Assembly (NCBI GenBank): GCA_041659505.1
Contig: JBAZYF010000005.1
Location: 1-55,778 of the forward strand
From: Parcubacteria group bacterium
GTDB lineage: Bacteria; Patescibacteriota; Minisyncoccia; Moranbacterales; UBA2206
DNA: 55,778 bases
Direction of reading: 5' to 3'
Under the pieces are notes generated by a model. That model worked only from the letters and a program-made list of their open reading frames with translations, did no database searches and was not told the origin of the DNA. This document shows, in pieces, positions 25,951-34,000 of the stretch; positions within the stretch are counted from its first letter, which is position 1, and each line of letters starts with the position of its first letter. The translations under genes and the position numbers were made by a program.

Positions 25951-27528
25951 ATGCAAAATGACAAATTGAAATTCAAACTCTTTTTTCTAGTAGTAATATT
26001 TTATTGTTTTTTTGGATTGGCCAAAAATTCCCATGCTGCCACTTACTACATTGACTATGTTAGTGGATCTGATAGTAACGATGGTGCTTCAACTTCGACT
26101 CCCTGGAAATTAGCTCCAGGGATGCGCGGATGTTGGGTGGGTGATACTGGGGGTAACTGTAATGCTAAACGTGAAGCGGGTTTTTCTGCCGGAGACCGGA
26201 TTGTTTTAAAGGGCGGAGTCACATGGCCTAAAGAAGCACTCTGTTGGGATATGTATTTCGGCGGTGGGTCAACTGGAAATCCGGTTTATATTGGAATAGA
26301 TCAAACATGGTATGCTGGCCCATCGTGGAGCCGTCCCGTAATAGATGCTGAGGGCTCGACAATTTACACAAGCCCTGAAAACGTAAGTAACACAATGGTG
26401 CGTTTCTACAACGATTATAGTATTATTGATAACTTGGAATTCAAGGGGTTATATCAATTATATGGAGGAACTAATGGCCCGCGCCATATCATGCTAACCA
26501 CTGGAAATTATTCAGAGATAAAAAATTGCTACTTTCATGGATGGGGACATGGGGGAACTGCAACAGCGGACAATCTGTTTATAGTCAGCGGATGGGGGAT
26601 GGATTCATCCTTGCATCATAATGTGTGGGATGGATCAGACACTACAAAAGATATCGGCGAGGCATGGTATGGGACAACTGGTCATGTGTATAATAATTAT
26701 TTCGCATACATTCAGAATGGTGGAATAGTGGCAACTGCTGAAACTGTTTATGTATGGGGCAATACATTTTTTGAATCAGCTTATAATTATGCAGACTTCG
26801 ATCCTAGCGCACATCATCAGACTTTTGAGAACTATGGAACTACTTATTATTATAATAATTTTACACACAACATAGGTGGTGGGGGTAACGTACTAACATA
26901 TGGGATGCGCAACAACGACTACATATTTAATAATGTGATGTATAATAATAATACCCAAGTTTTACAGCTAGGGAATGATCCCAATGAAGGTGGTGGATAT
27001 GGAATTTATGCTTTTAACAATACAATGCAAAGGGCTGAGGCTTCATACATAGTTGGTAGCCCTGCAAATGGGCCTGGGATGATAACCGTTCAAGACACTA
27101 GCAATAATCATGTGGTAGCTCCTGGTCCGGATTATATATATTGTAACTCGACCTATGTTACTAATTGCACATCTAATAATGTTCTGGCTCAAACTGTAGC
27201 AGTAGCGACAAACGCCGGATACACTTCTAGTAGTACATATCCATATCTATGGAGTGGGGTAGGTAGTGGCGGGACTGTAAATGCTGGTAGCGATTTAAGT
27301 TTAATCTGTTCTGGCATGACAAATAACGGACCGTCTACTCCGTCGGCGGATTGTCTTAGTGACACTACACTCGGTGTTGTTTATGACGCTACAAGTCATA
27401 CTGTTACTTATCCATTTAAGAATCCAGTGGTGCGCGGAGCAAATTGGGACATCGGCGCCTACGAATACGCAGCAGAAACAAGCGATACCACTCCACCAGT
27501 AGCACCAAGCGGACTCAATGTAGACTGA
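25951..27528 (+). CDS. secreted beta-helix protein, array member 2
   Basis: MQNDKLKFKLFF.. signal peptide (start moved to ATG 25951). Same N-terminal, WDIGAYEY and DTTPPVAPSGLNVD-stop blocks. Confidence 0.7.
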   Translation: MQNDKLKFKLFFLVVIFYCFFGLAKNSHAATYYIDYVSGSDSNDGASTSTPWKLAPGMRGCWVGDTGGNCNAKREAGFSAGDRIVLKGGVTWPKEALCWDMYFGGGSTGNPVYIGIDQTWYAGPSWSRPVIDAEGSTIYTSPENVSNTMVRFYNDYSIIDNLEFKGLYQLYGGTNGPRHIMLTTGNYSEIKNCYFHGWGHGGTATADNLFIVSGWGMDSSLHHNVWDGSDTTKDIGEAWYGTTGHVYNNYFAYIQNGGIVATAETVYVWGNTFFESAYNYADFDPSAHHQTFENYGTTYYYNNFTHNIGGGGNVLTYGMRNNDYIFNNVMYNNNTQVLQLGNDPNEGGGYGIYAFNNTMQRAEASYIVGSPANGPGMITVQDTSNNHVVAPGPDYIYCNSTYVTNCTSNNVLAQTVAVATNAGYTSSSTYPYLWSGVGSGGTVNAGSDLSLICSGMTNNGPSTPSADCLSDTTLGVVYDATSHTVTYPFKNPVVRGANWDIGAYEYAAETSDTTPPVAPSGLNVD

Positions 27529-27544
27529 AAGAGGTAAACAATCT

Positions 27545-27572
27545 GTTACGTAACAAGGTAAGTAACAAATTC
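27545..27572. promoter_or_regulatory. conserved junction motif GTTACGTAAC-AAGGTAAGTAACAAATTC
   Basis: Second copy; it ends 4 nt before the ATG at 27577. Confidence 0.5.
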
Positions 27573-27576
27573 AGAA

Positions 27577-29259
27577 ATGCAAAAAGACAAATTAAAATTC
27601 AAACTATTTTTTCTGGTAATAATATTTTATTGTCTTTTCGGATTGGCAAAAAACTCTCACGCCGCGACCTACTATATTGATTACGCCACAGGGTCGGACA
27701 CAAATAATGGAACTTCCAAATCCACGCCCTGGAAACGCGCCCCGGGGATGTATGGCTGTTTCATAACAGATACTAATGACAATAATTGCCGAGCCAGGAC
27801 ACATTCAATGGCTAGTGGTGACTCATTTATTTTCAAAGGCGGAGTTATTTGGCCGGCGGACGCACTGGGAATGAACTGGTATTTCGGAAATAACACCTAT
27901 TTTGGCGTTGACCAGACTTGGTATGATTCAGCCGGATGCAGCGCGGCAGGCTACTCGGGGTGGTGTCGTCCCGTATTTGACGCGCAAGGAACAGAGCCCC
28001 ATCTTAGTCCGGAAAACTATCATTCGATGCTGGCAGTTTGGGGCTCTGGACAGACGATTGATAATATGGAATTTAAGGGCATGGCACAATTGCATGGCAC
28101 TGACACGAGCGTGAATGGTTGTGCGGGGATAGCGGGGAATGGATATGGTATAAATGTGATCAGTATCAATTATGGCGGCCCGGCGCCACACGCCACTGTC
28201 AAGAATAATTATATCCATGGTTGGTCACATGGTCCGGTATATAATAAAGGAGATTGTATCTGTTGGAGTGTCCAGCATACAGATTGCAATGCTTGGGCAG
28301 GGGGTGTGGATAAGGATTTGATCGTTGCTGATAGCTCCAATTTTATATCATTTTATTCTGACGTTGTGGATTACACTTCCCAGTTCTATGATAATATTGT
28401 TGACGGATCTGACACTACCGGGGACATGGGTTGGAATACGGTATCGGGCGGTTGGGGGCATGTTTACAACAATTATATAGCGTATGTCCAAAACGCAACC
28501 ATCGCTGGAAATGCAGGTTATTTTTGGGGCAATACGTATTATGAAATCGCCTATACTATTCCCGATTTTGACGTCTCCCAACATCATCAAGTATTTGAAA
28601 ATATAGGATCACCAACGTATTTTTGGAATAATTACATTAGTCATTCTGCCGGAGGAGCAACTCTGATTATTTATGGAATTGATTCTGTCAATGATTACAT
28701 ATTTAATAATGTAATTATTTATGGCAATGATCAAATAAACCAATCAAGCGATGGTGCGCTAGCCACCTATGTGTTTGGCAATACGTTGCATACCGCGCAT
28801 GGTAGTAGCAATTTGTATGCAGTTGCATCTTTGGGGCCTGTGTATGCTAAAAATAATCATATTATGACAGACAGTTCATCTTTTATACAGACAACATATG
28901 GAGGTGAAGCGACTAATAATGTTGAAGAAACTCCTGCCCAAGCTTTGTCGTATTTTTCAAATGCAATATATCCTTATTACCCTAATTCAAATGCACCTTC
29001 AATAAACACCGGAGTTGATCTGACTTCTTATTGCAACTTGTTGGTCGATAGTAGTCCATCAATGCCGCACACTGACTGTCTCAAGGATACTACTCTGGGA
29101 GTGAATTATGATACTTCTACACATACGGTAGCTTATCCTAAACGAACTCCATTGAGTAGACCGCAAGGCTCTGCTTGGGATATCGGTGCCTATGAATACG
29201 AAACTGGCGGAGGGGACATTACTCCGCCTGGAGTACCGAGCGGACTGAGTGTGAGTTAA
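27577..29259 (+). CDS. secreted beta-helix protein, array member 3
   Basis: MQKDKLKFKLFF.. signal peptide, ATYYIDYATGSDTNNGTSKSTPWK, WDIGAYEY, tail DITPPGVPSGLSVS-stop. Confidence 0.7.
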   Translation: MQKDKLKFKLFFLVIIFYCLFGLAKNSHAATYYIDYATGSDTNNGTSKSTPWKRAPGMYGCFITDTNDNNCRARTHSMASGDSFIFKGGVIWPADALGMNWYFGNNTYFGVDQTWYDSAGCSAAGYSGWCRPVFDAQGTEPHLSPENYHSMLAVWGSGQTIDNMEFKGMAQLHGTDTSVNGCAGIAGNGYGINVISINYGGPAPHATVKNNYIHGWSHGPVYNKGDCICWSVQHTDCNAWAGGVDKDLIVADSSNFISFYSDVVDYTSQFYDNIVDGSDTTGDMGWNTVSGGWGHVYNNYIAYVQNATIAGNAGYFWGNTYYEIAYTIPDFDVSQHHQVFENIGSPTYFWNNYISHSAGGATLIIYGIDSVNDYIFNNVIIYGNDQINQSSDGALATYVFGNTLHTAHGSSNLYAVASLGPVYAKNNHIMTDSSSFIQTTYGGEATNNVEETPAQALSYFSNAIYPYYPNSNAPSINTGVDLTSYCNLLVDSSPSMPHTDCLKDTTLGVNYDTSTHTVAYPKRTPLSRPQGSAWDIGAYEYETGGGDITPPGVPSGLSVS

Positions 29260-29275
29260 GAGATGTAAGTAATTT

Positions 29276-29299
29276 GTTACGTAACAAGGTAAGTAGCAA
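29276..29299. promoter_or_regulatory. conserved junction motif GTTACGTAAC-AAGGTAAGTAGCAA
   Basis: Third copy. Confidence 0.45.
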
Positions 29300-29322
29300 T
29301 GGGATTAATCATTTTTCATAAA

Positions 29323-30846
29323 ATGCAAAAAAATAATTTAAAACTAAAACTCTTTTTTATTATAATTATAATTTGTGGGATTTTCGGGCTGGCGGAAAAA
29401 ACTTTCGCGGCTTGCACAGGATCAAGCCCTACATGGACAAGTTCTTCTGATTCTGCTTCTGTTGCAAGTTGCGTTTCCAGCGCATCGGCTGGGGATACTA
29501 TAAATGTTTCTGCGGGGACGTCATCGTGGGGAGCTTCTGCTGTAACAATACCCGCCGATAAACCTCTAAATATAATTGGTGCTGGAACAGACAATACTAT
29601 TATAAATATGACAGGAAATTATGTATTTACTATTTTACCCTACGTAGGGACGATTCAAAATCCTGCATCAAGGATTAGTGGATTTTATTTTATATCTCCT
29701 TCTGAAGCTAAATATTCTTGTATAAAAGCGCAGGGGCAATACTGGAGAATAGATCATAATAAATATAGTAGCATTGATACCTCAACAACAACCGCTTTTT
29801 TTATTGAAGCCACTGGTATTAATACGGATGTTCAGCCATATGGACTGATTGACCATAATACGATTATTAATGGTAAGATAGACGGCATGGGGGGAGCTAA
29901 TTCTTACGATGAAACGAGCGCATGGCTTGATGCGATTGATTTGGGAGGATCAACGGCGGTCTATGTTGAAGACAATACTTTCTCAACTAGTTATCCAACT
30001 GTTACAACAAAGAAGTTAATGCTTGATGGTGGGTATGGCTCTAAGATGGTGTTTAGATATAACACAGTATCAAATGGGGATGTGCAGGAACATGGCTTAC
30101 AATCCGCAGGAGATCGCGCCAGCAGAAAAGTTGAATTTTACGGCAATACTTTTGATTATTTGAATGATTCAGGTTTTATAGCTATGGAGTTTTTGTCTGG
30201 AACTGGCGTGGCATTTTATAATGAAATTACAGGCGATGTACCTAGTTATGGATTAGGTTTTGAATATAAACGTGAAGGAACGAGCGTAGGGTGTTTGGGT
30301 CAGTGCAATGGAACCTATGCTTGGGATGGTAATGAATCAGGGCAAAGCGGATGGCTTTGCAGGGATCAGCCGGGTACGGGAGGCGATTCTTCAAGGTGGG
30401 TAAATTATGATGAGTCTTGTTCTGGGACACCCACTGCACAGATAAAGATGCCGATATATGCCTTTTTGATGAAAGGTGCCATAAATGATATATACAACTT
30501 TAGTCCGACGCATGTTGTAGCGAACCGGGATTATTATTATACAGACGACACTCATTGTGCGGCTGGCGGTGCATCCTGCTCGGCTGGAGTTGGTGTTGGA
30601 ACTTTAGCACAAAGGCCGTCATCATGTACTACGGGCGTAGCATATTGGGCAACCAATCAATCAACATCTAATTATTCTGGCATGGTAGGAGCAGATCCAT
30701 CAACTCCAATAAATGGTACGCTCTATAAATGTACAGCAACCAACACTTGGACAGCCTATTATGCTCCCTATGCTTATCCGCATCCTTTACAAGGAGAAGC
30801 GGACACGATATCACCGGCTGTTCCAAACGGACTGAGTGTGGAGTAG
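29323..30846 (+). CDS. secreted beta-helix/polysaccharide-lyase-like protein, array member 4 (divergent body, same signal peptide type and tail)
   Basis: MQKNNLKLKLFF.. signal peptide (start moved to ATG 29323), YAPYAYPHPLQ near the C-terminus, tail DTISPAVPNGLSVE-stop. Confidence 0.65.
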   Translation: MQKNNLKLKLFFIIIIICGIFGLAEKTFAACTGSSPTWTSSSDSASVASCVSSASAGDTINVSAGTSSWGASAVTIPADKPLNIIGAGTDNTIINMTGNYVFTILPYVGTIQNPASRISGFYFISPSEAKYSCIKAQGQYWRIDHNKYSSIDTSTTTAFFIEATGINTDVQPYGLIDHNTIINGKIDGMGGANSYDETSAWLDAIDLGGSTAVYVEDNTFSTSYPTVTTKKLMLDGGYGSKMVFRYNTVSNGDVQEHGLQSAGDRASRKVEFYGNTFDYLNDSGFIAMEFLSGTGVAFYNEITGDVPSYGLGFEYKREGTSVGCLGQCNGTYAWDGNESGQSGWLCRDQPGTGGDSSRWVNYDESCSGTPTAQIKMPIYAFLMKGAINDIYNFSPTHVVANRDYYYTDDTHCAAGGASCSAGVGVGTLAQRPSSCTTGVAYWATNQSTSNYSGMVGADPSTPINGTLYKCTATNTWTAYYAPYAYPHPLQGEADTISPAVPNGLSVE

Positions 30847-30878
30847 ATTTTTAGCTAGTCTTATTTTGAAAAATAAAG

Positions 30879-30884
30879 TATAAT
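30879..30884 (+). promoter_or_regulatory. -10 hexamer TATAAT placed 6 nt before the large-subunit ATG
   Basis: AAGTATAAT-ttagtt-ATG(30891). No convincing -35 element. Confidence 0.35.
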
Positions 30885-30890
30885 TTAGTT

Positions 30891-32150
30891 ATGAATATCA
30901 AAATCAATCATATCGCAAAGATGGAAGGGCACACTGGCTTTATGGCAAGTGTGCTGGGTGGTGATGTTAAGTCGGCGAAATTGGAAGTGCAAGAAGGCAT
31001 CCGGCTGATCGAAGGCGTACTCATTGGGCGGGAATATCAAGACATGCCGCTCATTGCTCAGCGCATCTGTGGAATTTGTCCGGTGGTGCATAATCTCACT
31101 TCGGTGAAAGCTTTGGAAAACGCGATGGGCGTGACGGTGACGCCGGAGACGAAAAAACTGCGCGCGCTTTTGGAGGACGCCCAGTTTATCCATTCACACG
31201 CCTTGCATCTGTTCTTTTTGTCACTAGCGGATTTTTTGGATATGGACAATGACATCGAACTGATTAATAAATATCCGGAAGAAGCGAAAAAGGCCATACG
31301 GATCCGTGAGTTTGGAATGGAGATTGTGAAAGTGGTGGGCGGTCGCGTGGTGCATCCACTGACCAATGAAGTCGGCGGATTTAAAAAAGCGCCGGATCGC
31401 GAAGCGCTGAAAAAGCTGGTTAAAGATGCGGGTGAAATTTTGCAAATTGCCTTGGAGCTGGGAGATTTTTTTCGCGGAATCAAAATTCCGGATTTTTCGC
31501 GAGTGACAGAATATGTTTGTCTCGACAAAAAAGGCGAGTATGCGATTTATGACGGAGACGTGATTTCCAATCTGGGACTGCACATTCCGGTGGAAAAATT
31601 TGAAGCGAACTTTTTGGAATTGCAAAAACAAAACGAAGTGATCAAAAGAGTTGAGCATAATGGCCAGAGCTATATGGTCGGCGCGATTGCGCGGGTGAAT
31701 AATAACCGCTCCAGGCTTCGAGAAAATGCGGCCCAGTATTTGCGCAGTCTGGGATTGACTTTTCCGGATTATAATCCCTTTCATAATATTTTAGCGCAGA
31801 TGGTGGAAGTGATTCATTGCGTCGAGGATGCGAGGCGGATTATGCTGGAACTTTTGAATAGTGATTTGAATGAAGTTGTCACGAAAAATTATACCGTGAA
31901 AGAAGGTGTCGGCGTGGCTGCAGTGGAAGCGCCGCGTGGAACCCTCTACTATCACGTCGATGTCGATACGAAAGGGTATGTAAAAAACGTCAACATCATT
32001 ACACCGACTGCACAGTTTTTGTGCAATCTGGAAGACGATATCGCCGACTATATCCCGCAAATTTTGAAATTAAAAGACAAGGAAAAAGAGAAAAAATTGC
32101 GCGCATTTATCCGCGCTTATGATCCGTGCATATCTTGCGCGGTGCATTAA
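30891..32150 (+). CDS. [NiFe] hydrogenase large (catalytic) subunit, group 3 type
   Basis: N-terminal RICGICPVVH and C-terminal DPCISCAVH Ni-Fe ligand motifs. The ORF stops immediately after the His. Confidence 0.92.
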   Translation: MNIKINHIAKMEGHTGFMASVLGGDVKSAKLEVQEGIRLIEGVLIGREYQDMPLIAQRICGICPVVHNLTSVKALENAMGVTVTPETKKLRALLEDAQFIHSHALHLFFLSLADFLDMDNDIELINKYPEEAKKAIRIREFGMEIVKVVGGRVVHPLTNEVGGFKKAPDREALKKLVKDAGEILQIALELGDFFRGIKIPDFSRVTEYVCLDKKGEYAIYDGDVISNLGLHIPVEKFEANFLELQKQNEVIKRVEHNGQSYMVGAIARVNNNRSRLRENAAQYLRSLGLTFPDYNPFHNILAQMVEVIHCVEDARRIMLELLNSDLNEVVTKNYTVKEGVGVAAVEAPRGTLYYHVDVDTKGYVKNVNIITPTAQFLCNLEDDIADYIPQILKLKDKEKEKKLRAFIRAYDPCISCAVH

Positions 32151-32232
32151 ATCAGAACCACTGATTAACACTTGATTACACATGATTTCACTGAATTTTT
32201 TGTAACTTTGTTAATTTTTAATAAATAATAAT

Positions 32233-32607
32233 ATGACCGAACTAAATCAAATCTACAAATGCAATATTTGTGGAAACATCGTTGAGATGGTGCATGCCGG
32301 AGCGGGCGAATTGGTCTGCTGTGGGGATCCGATGGAGCTGAAGCAGTCCAAAACGGAAGATGAGGGCAGAGAAAAACACAAACCGGTAATTGAAAGAACG
32401 GACATTGGTGTGATTGTGCGCATCGGAGAAGTGCCTCATCCCATGATCAGTGAGCACTATATTGAGTGGATCGAAGTGGTGACGGAACATCGGGTGTATC
32501 GTAAACACCTTGAGCCGGGGGCAGAACCGCAAGCGGAATTTTGCCTGGAAGCGGAGCATATCACAGCGCGCGCCTATTGCAATGTGCATGGACTGTGGCA
32601 AAATTAA
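32233..32607 (+). CDS. dfx: desulfoferrodoxin (2Fe superoxide reductase)
   Basis: Desulforedoxin domain YKCNICGNIVEMVHAGAGELVCCG; neelaredoxin-type centre EKHKPV, HPM..EHYIEWIE, CNVHGLW. Confidence 0.9.
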   Translation: MTELNQIYKCNICGNIVEMVHAGAGELVCCGDPMELKQSKTEDEGREKHKPVIERTDIGVIVRIGEVPHPMISEHYIEWIEVVTEHRVYRKHLEPGAEPQAEFCLEAEHITARAYCNVHGLWQN

Positions 32608-32608
32608 T

Positions 32609-32881
32609 ATGCACGATTTCATTTTAGCTAAAGAAATAATCGACGAACTGGGGGTGATTATGGCGGAAAAAAAGCTAGACAAGATTAAGAAAGTCAGTCT
32701 GGAAATCGGGATGATCAGCCTTGCGCATGATGGGCATCCGGAGCACGTCGAAGATATTAGTGTGGAAAATTTACAGTTTGGCTTGGCTAGTATCGCAAAG
32801 AATACGCCGCTTGAAAAAGTGAAATTTGCGGTCAAGAAAGTAGCAGGGGAGCATTGGAGAATAACAGACATCGATGTCTAA
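32609..32881 (+). CDS. HypA-like nickel metallochaperone lacking the zinc-binding CxxC pairs
   Basis: The start MHD (compare the MHE Ni-binding N-terminus) and V..V.LEIG..S pattern resemble the HypA N-domain. The 90-aa product contains no cysteine. Start placed at ATG 32609, one nt after the dfx stop. Confidence 0.55.
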   Translation: MHDFILAKEIIDELGVIMAEKKLDKIKKVSLEIGMISLAHDGHPEHVEDISVENLQFGLASIAKNTPLEKVKFAVKKVAGEHWRITDIDV

Positions 32882-32900
32882 TATATTTTAAAATAATACT

Positions 32901-33905
32901 ATGACAAAAATTGCAATCAACGGTTTTGGCCGGATCGGCCGGCTGAGTCTTCGCATCGCTTTCGAGAAAGAAGGGTTAGAAGTGGTCGCTATCAATGATC
33001 TTACGGATCTCAAAACGGCCATGCATCTTTTTAAGTATGATTCTAGCTTTGGTCATTATAACCACGAAGTGAGCGTAGACGAAGAAAATTCCGAGTTGAT
33101 CATTGACGGAACACGGATTAAATTTTTTAGCGAGCCGGATCCATCCAAGTTGCCTTGGAAAGAATTGGAAGTGGATACTATTTTGGAATGCACCGGGATT
33201 TTTGAAAATCGGGAGAAAGCCGGAAAACATATCACAGCAGGGGCAAAAAAAGTAATTTTGAGCGCTCCGCCCAAAGATGATATCCCGGTTTATCTGTTGG
33301 GAGTGAACGAAAACGAATATGATCCGAGCGAGGACATCATTTCTAACGGTTCTTGCACGACCAATTGTCTGGCACCGATGATCAAGGTTTTAGATGACAA
33401 TTTTGGACTAGAAAAAGGATTTATGACAACGACGCATTCATATACTAATGATCAGCGCATCTTGGATTTGCCACACAAAGACTTGAGACGCGCCAGGGCG
33501 GCGGCGTTGAGTATAATCCCAACAACAACCGGGGCAGCAAAAACTGTTGGAAAAGTTCTGAAGCACCTGGAAGGGAAATTGGACGGTATTTCTTTGCGAG
33601 TTCCGACACCGGTCGTTTCTATCGTTGATTTTATCTGTACGCTCAAGAAGGAGGCAACTGTGAAGGAGATTAATGAAGCCTTTAAGGAAGCGGCTGAGGA
33701 TAAGATGAAGGGAATTCTAGCTGTCAATGATGAAGGTCTCGTCTCGATGGATTTTAAGGGCGACGCGCATAGTGCGACTGTTGATATTCCGCTCACGATG
33801 GCTAATGGAAACTTGGTGAAAGTGGTCGGTTGGTACGACAATGAATGGGGATATTCTAATCGGTTGGTGGAGATGGCAGAATTTATTTCAAATCAGAACC
33901 ACTGA
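32901..33905 (+). CDS. gap: type I glyceraldehyde-3-phosphate dehydrogenase
   Basis: INGFGRIGR, SCTTNCLAP, WYDNEWGYS. Confidence 0.93.
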   Translation: MTKIAINGFGRIGRLSLRIAFEKEGLEVVAINDLTDLKTAMHLFKYDSSFGHYNHEVSVDEENSELIIDGTRIKFFSEPDPSKLPWKELEVDTILECTGIFENREKAGKHITAGAKKVILSAPPKDDIPVYLLGVNENEYDPSEDIISNGSCTTNCLAPMIKVLDDNFGLEKGFMTTTHSYTNDQRILDLPHKDLRRARAAALSIIPTTTGAAKTVGKVLKHLEGKLDGISLRVPTPVVSIVDFICTLKKEATVKEINEAFKEAAEDKMKGILAVNDEGLVSMDFKGDAHSATVDIPLTMANGNLVKVVGWYDNEWGYSNRLVEMAEFISNQNH

Positions 33906-34000
33906 TTCGCACTGATTAAGATGATTGCACTGATTATGAATGCGAAATTCAATCAGGTGTAATCAGGAAAATCATGTGATAATCTGTGGTTTAGAATTTT

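Noticed and set aside
27555-27563. AAG/GTAAGT in the array junctions resembles a eukaryotic 5' splice site.
   Set aside because: The context is bacterial (tRNAs, SD sequences, operons, intrinsic terminators). The motif is better read as GTAAC/GTAAG half-site repeats next to the palindrome.
32242-32871. A 209-aa - strand ORF.
   Set aside because: It lies antisense to the well-supported desulfoferrodoxin and hypA-like genes and has no recognisable motifs.
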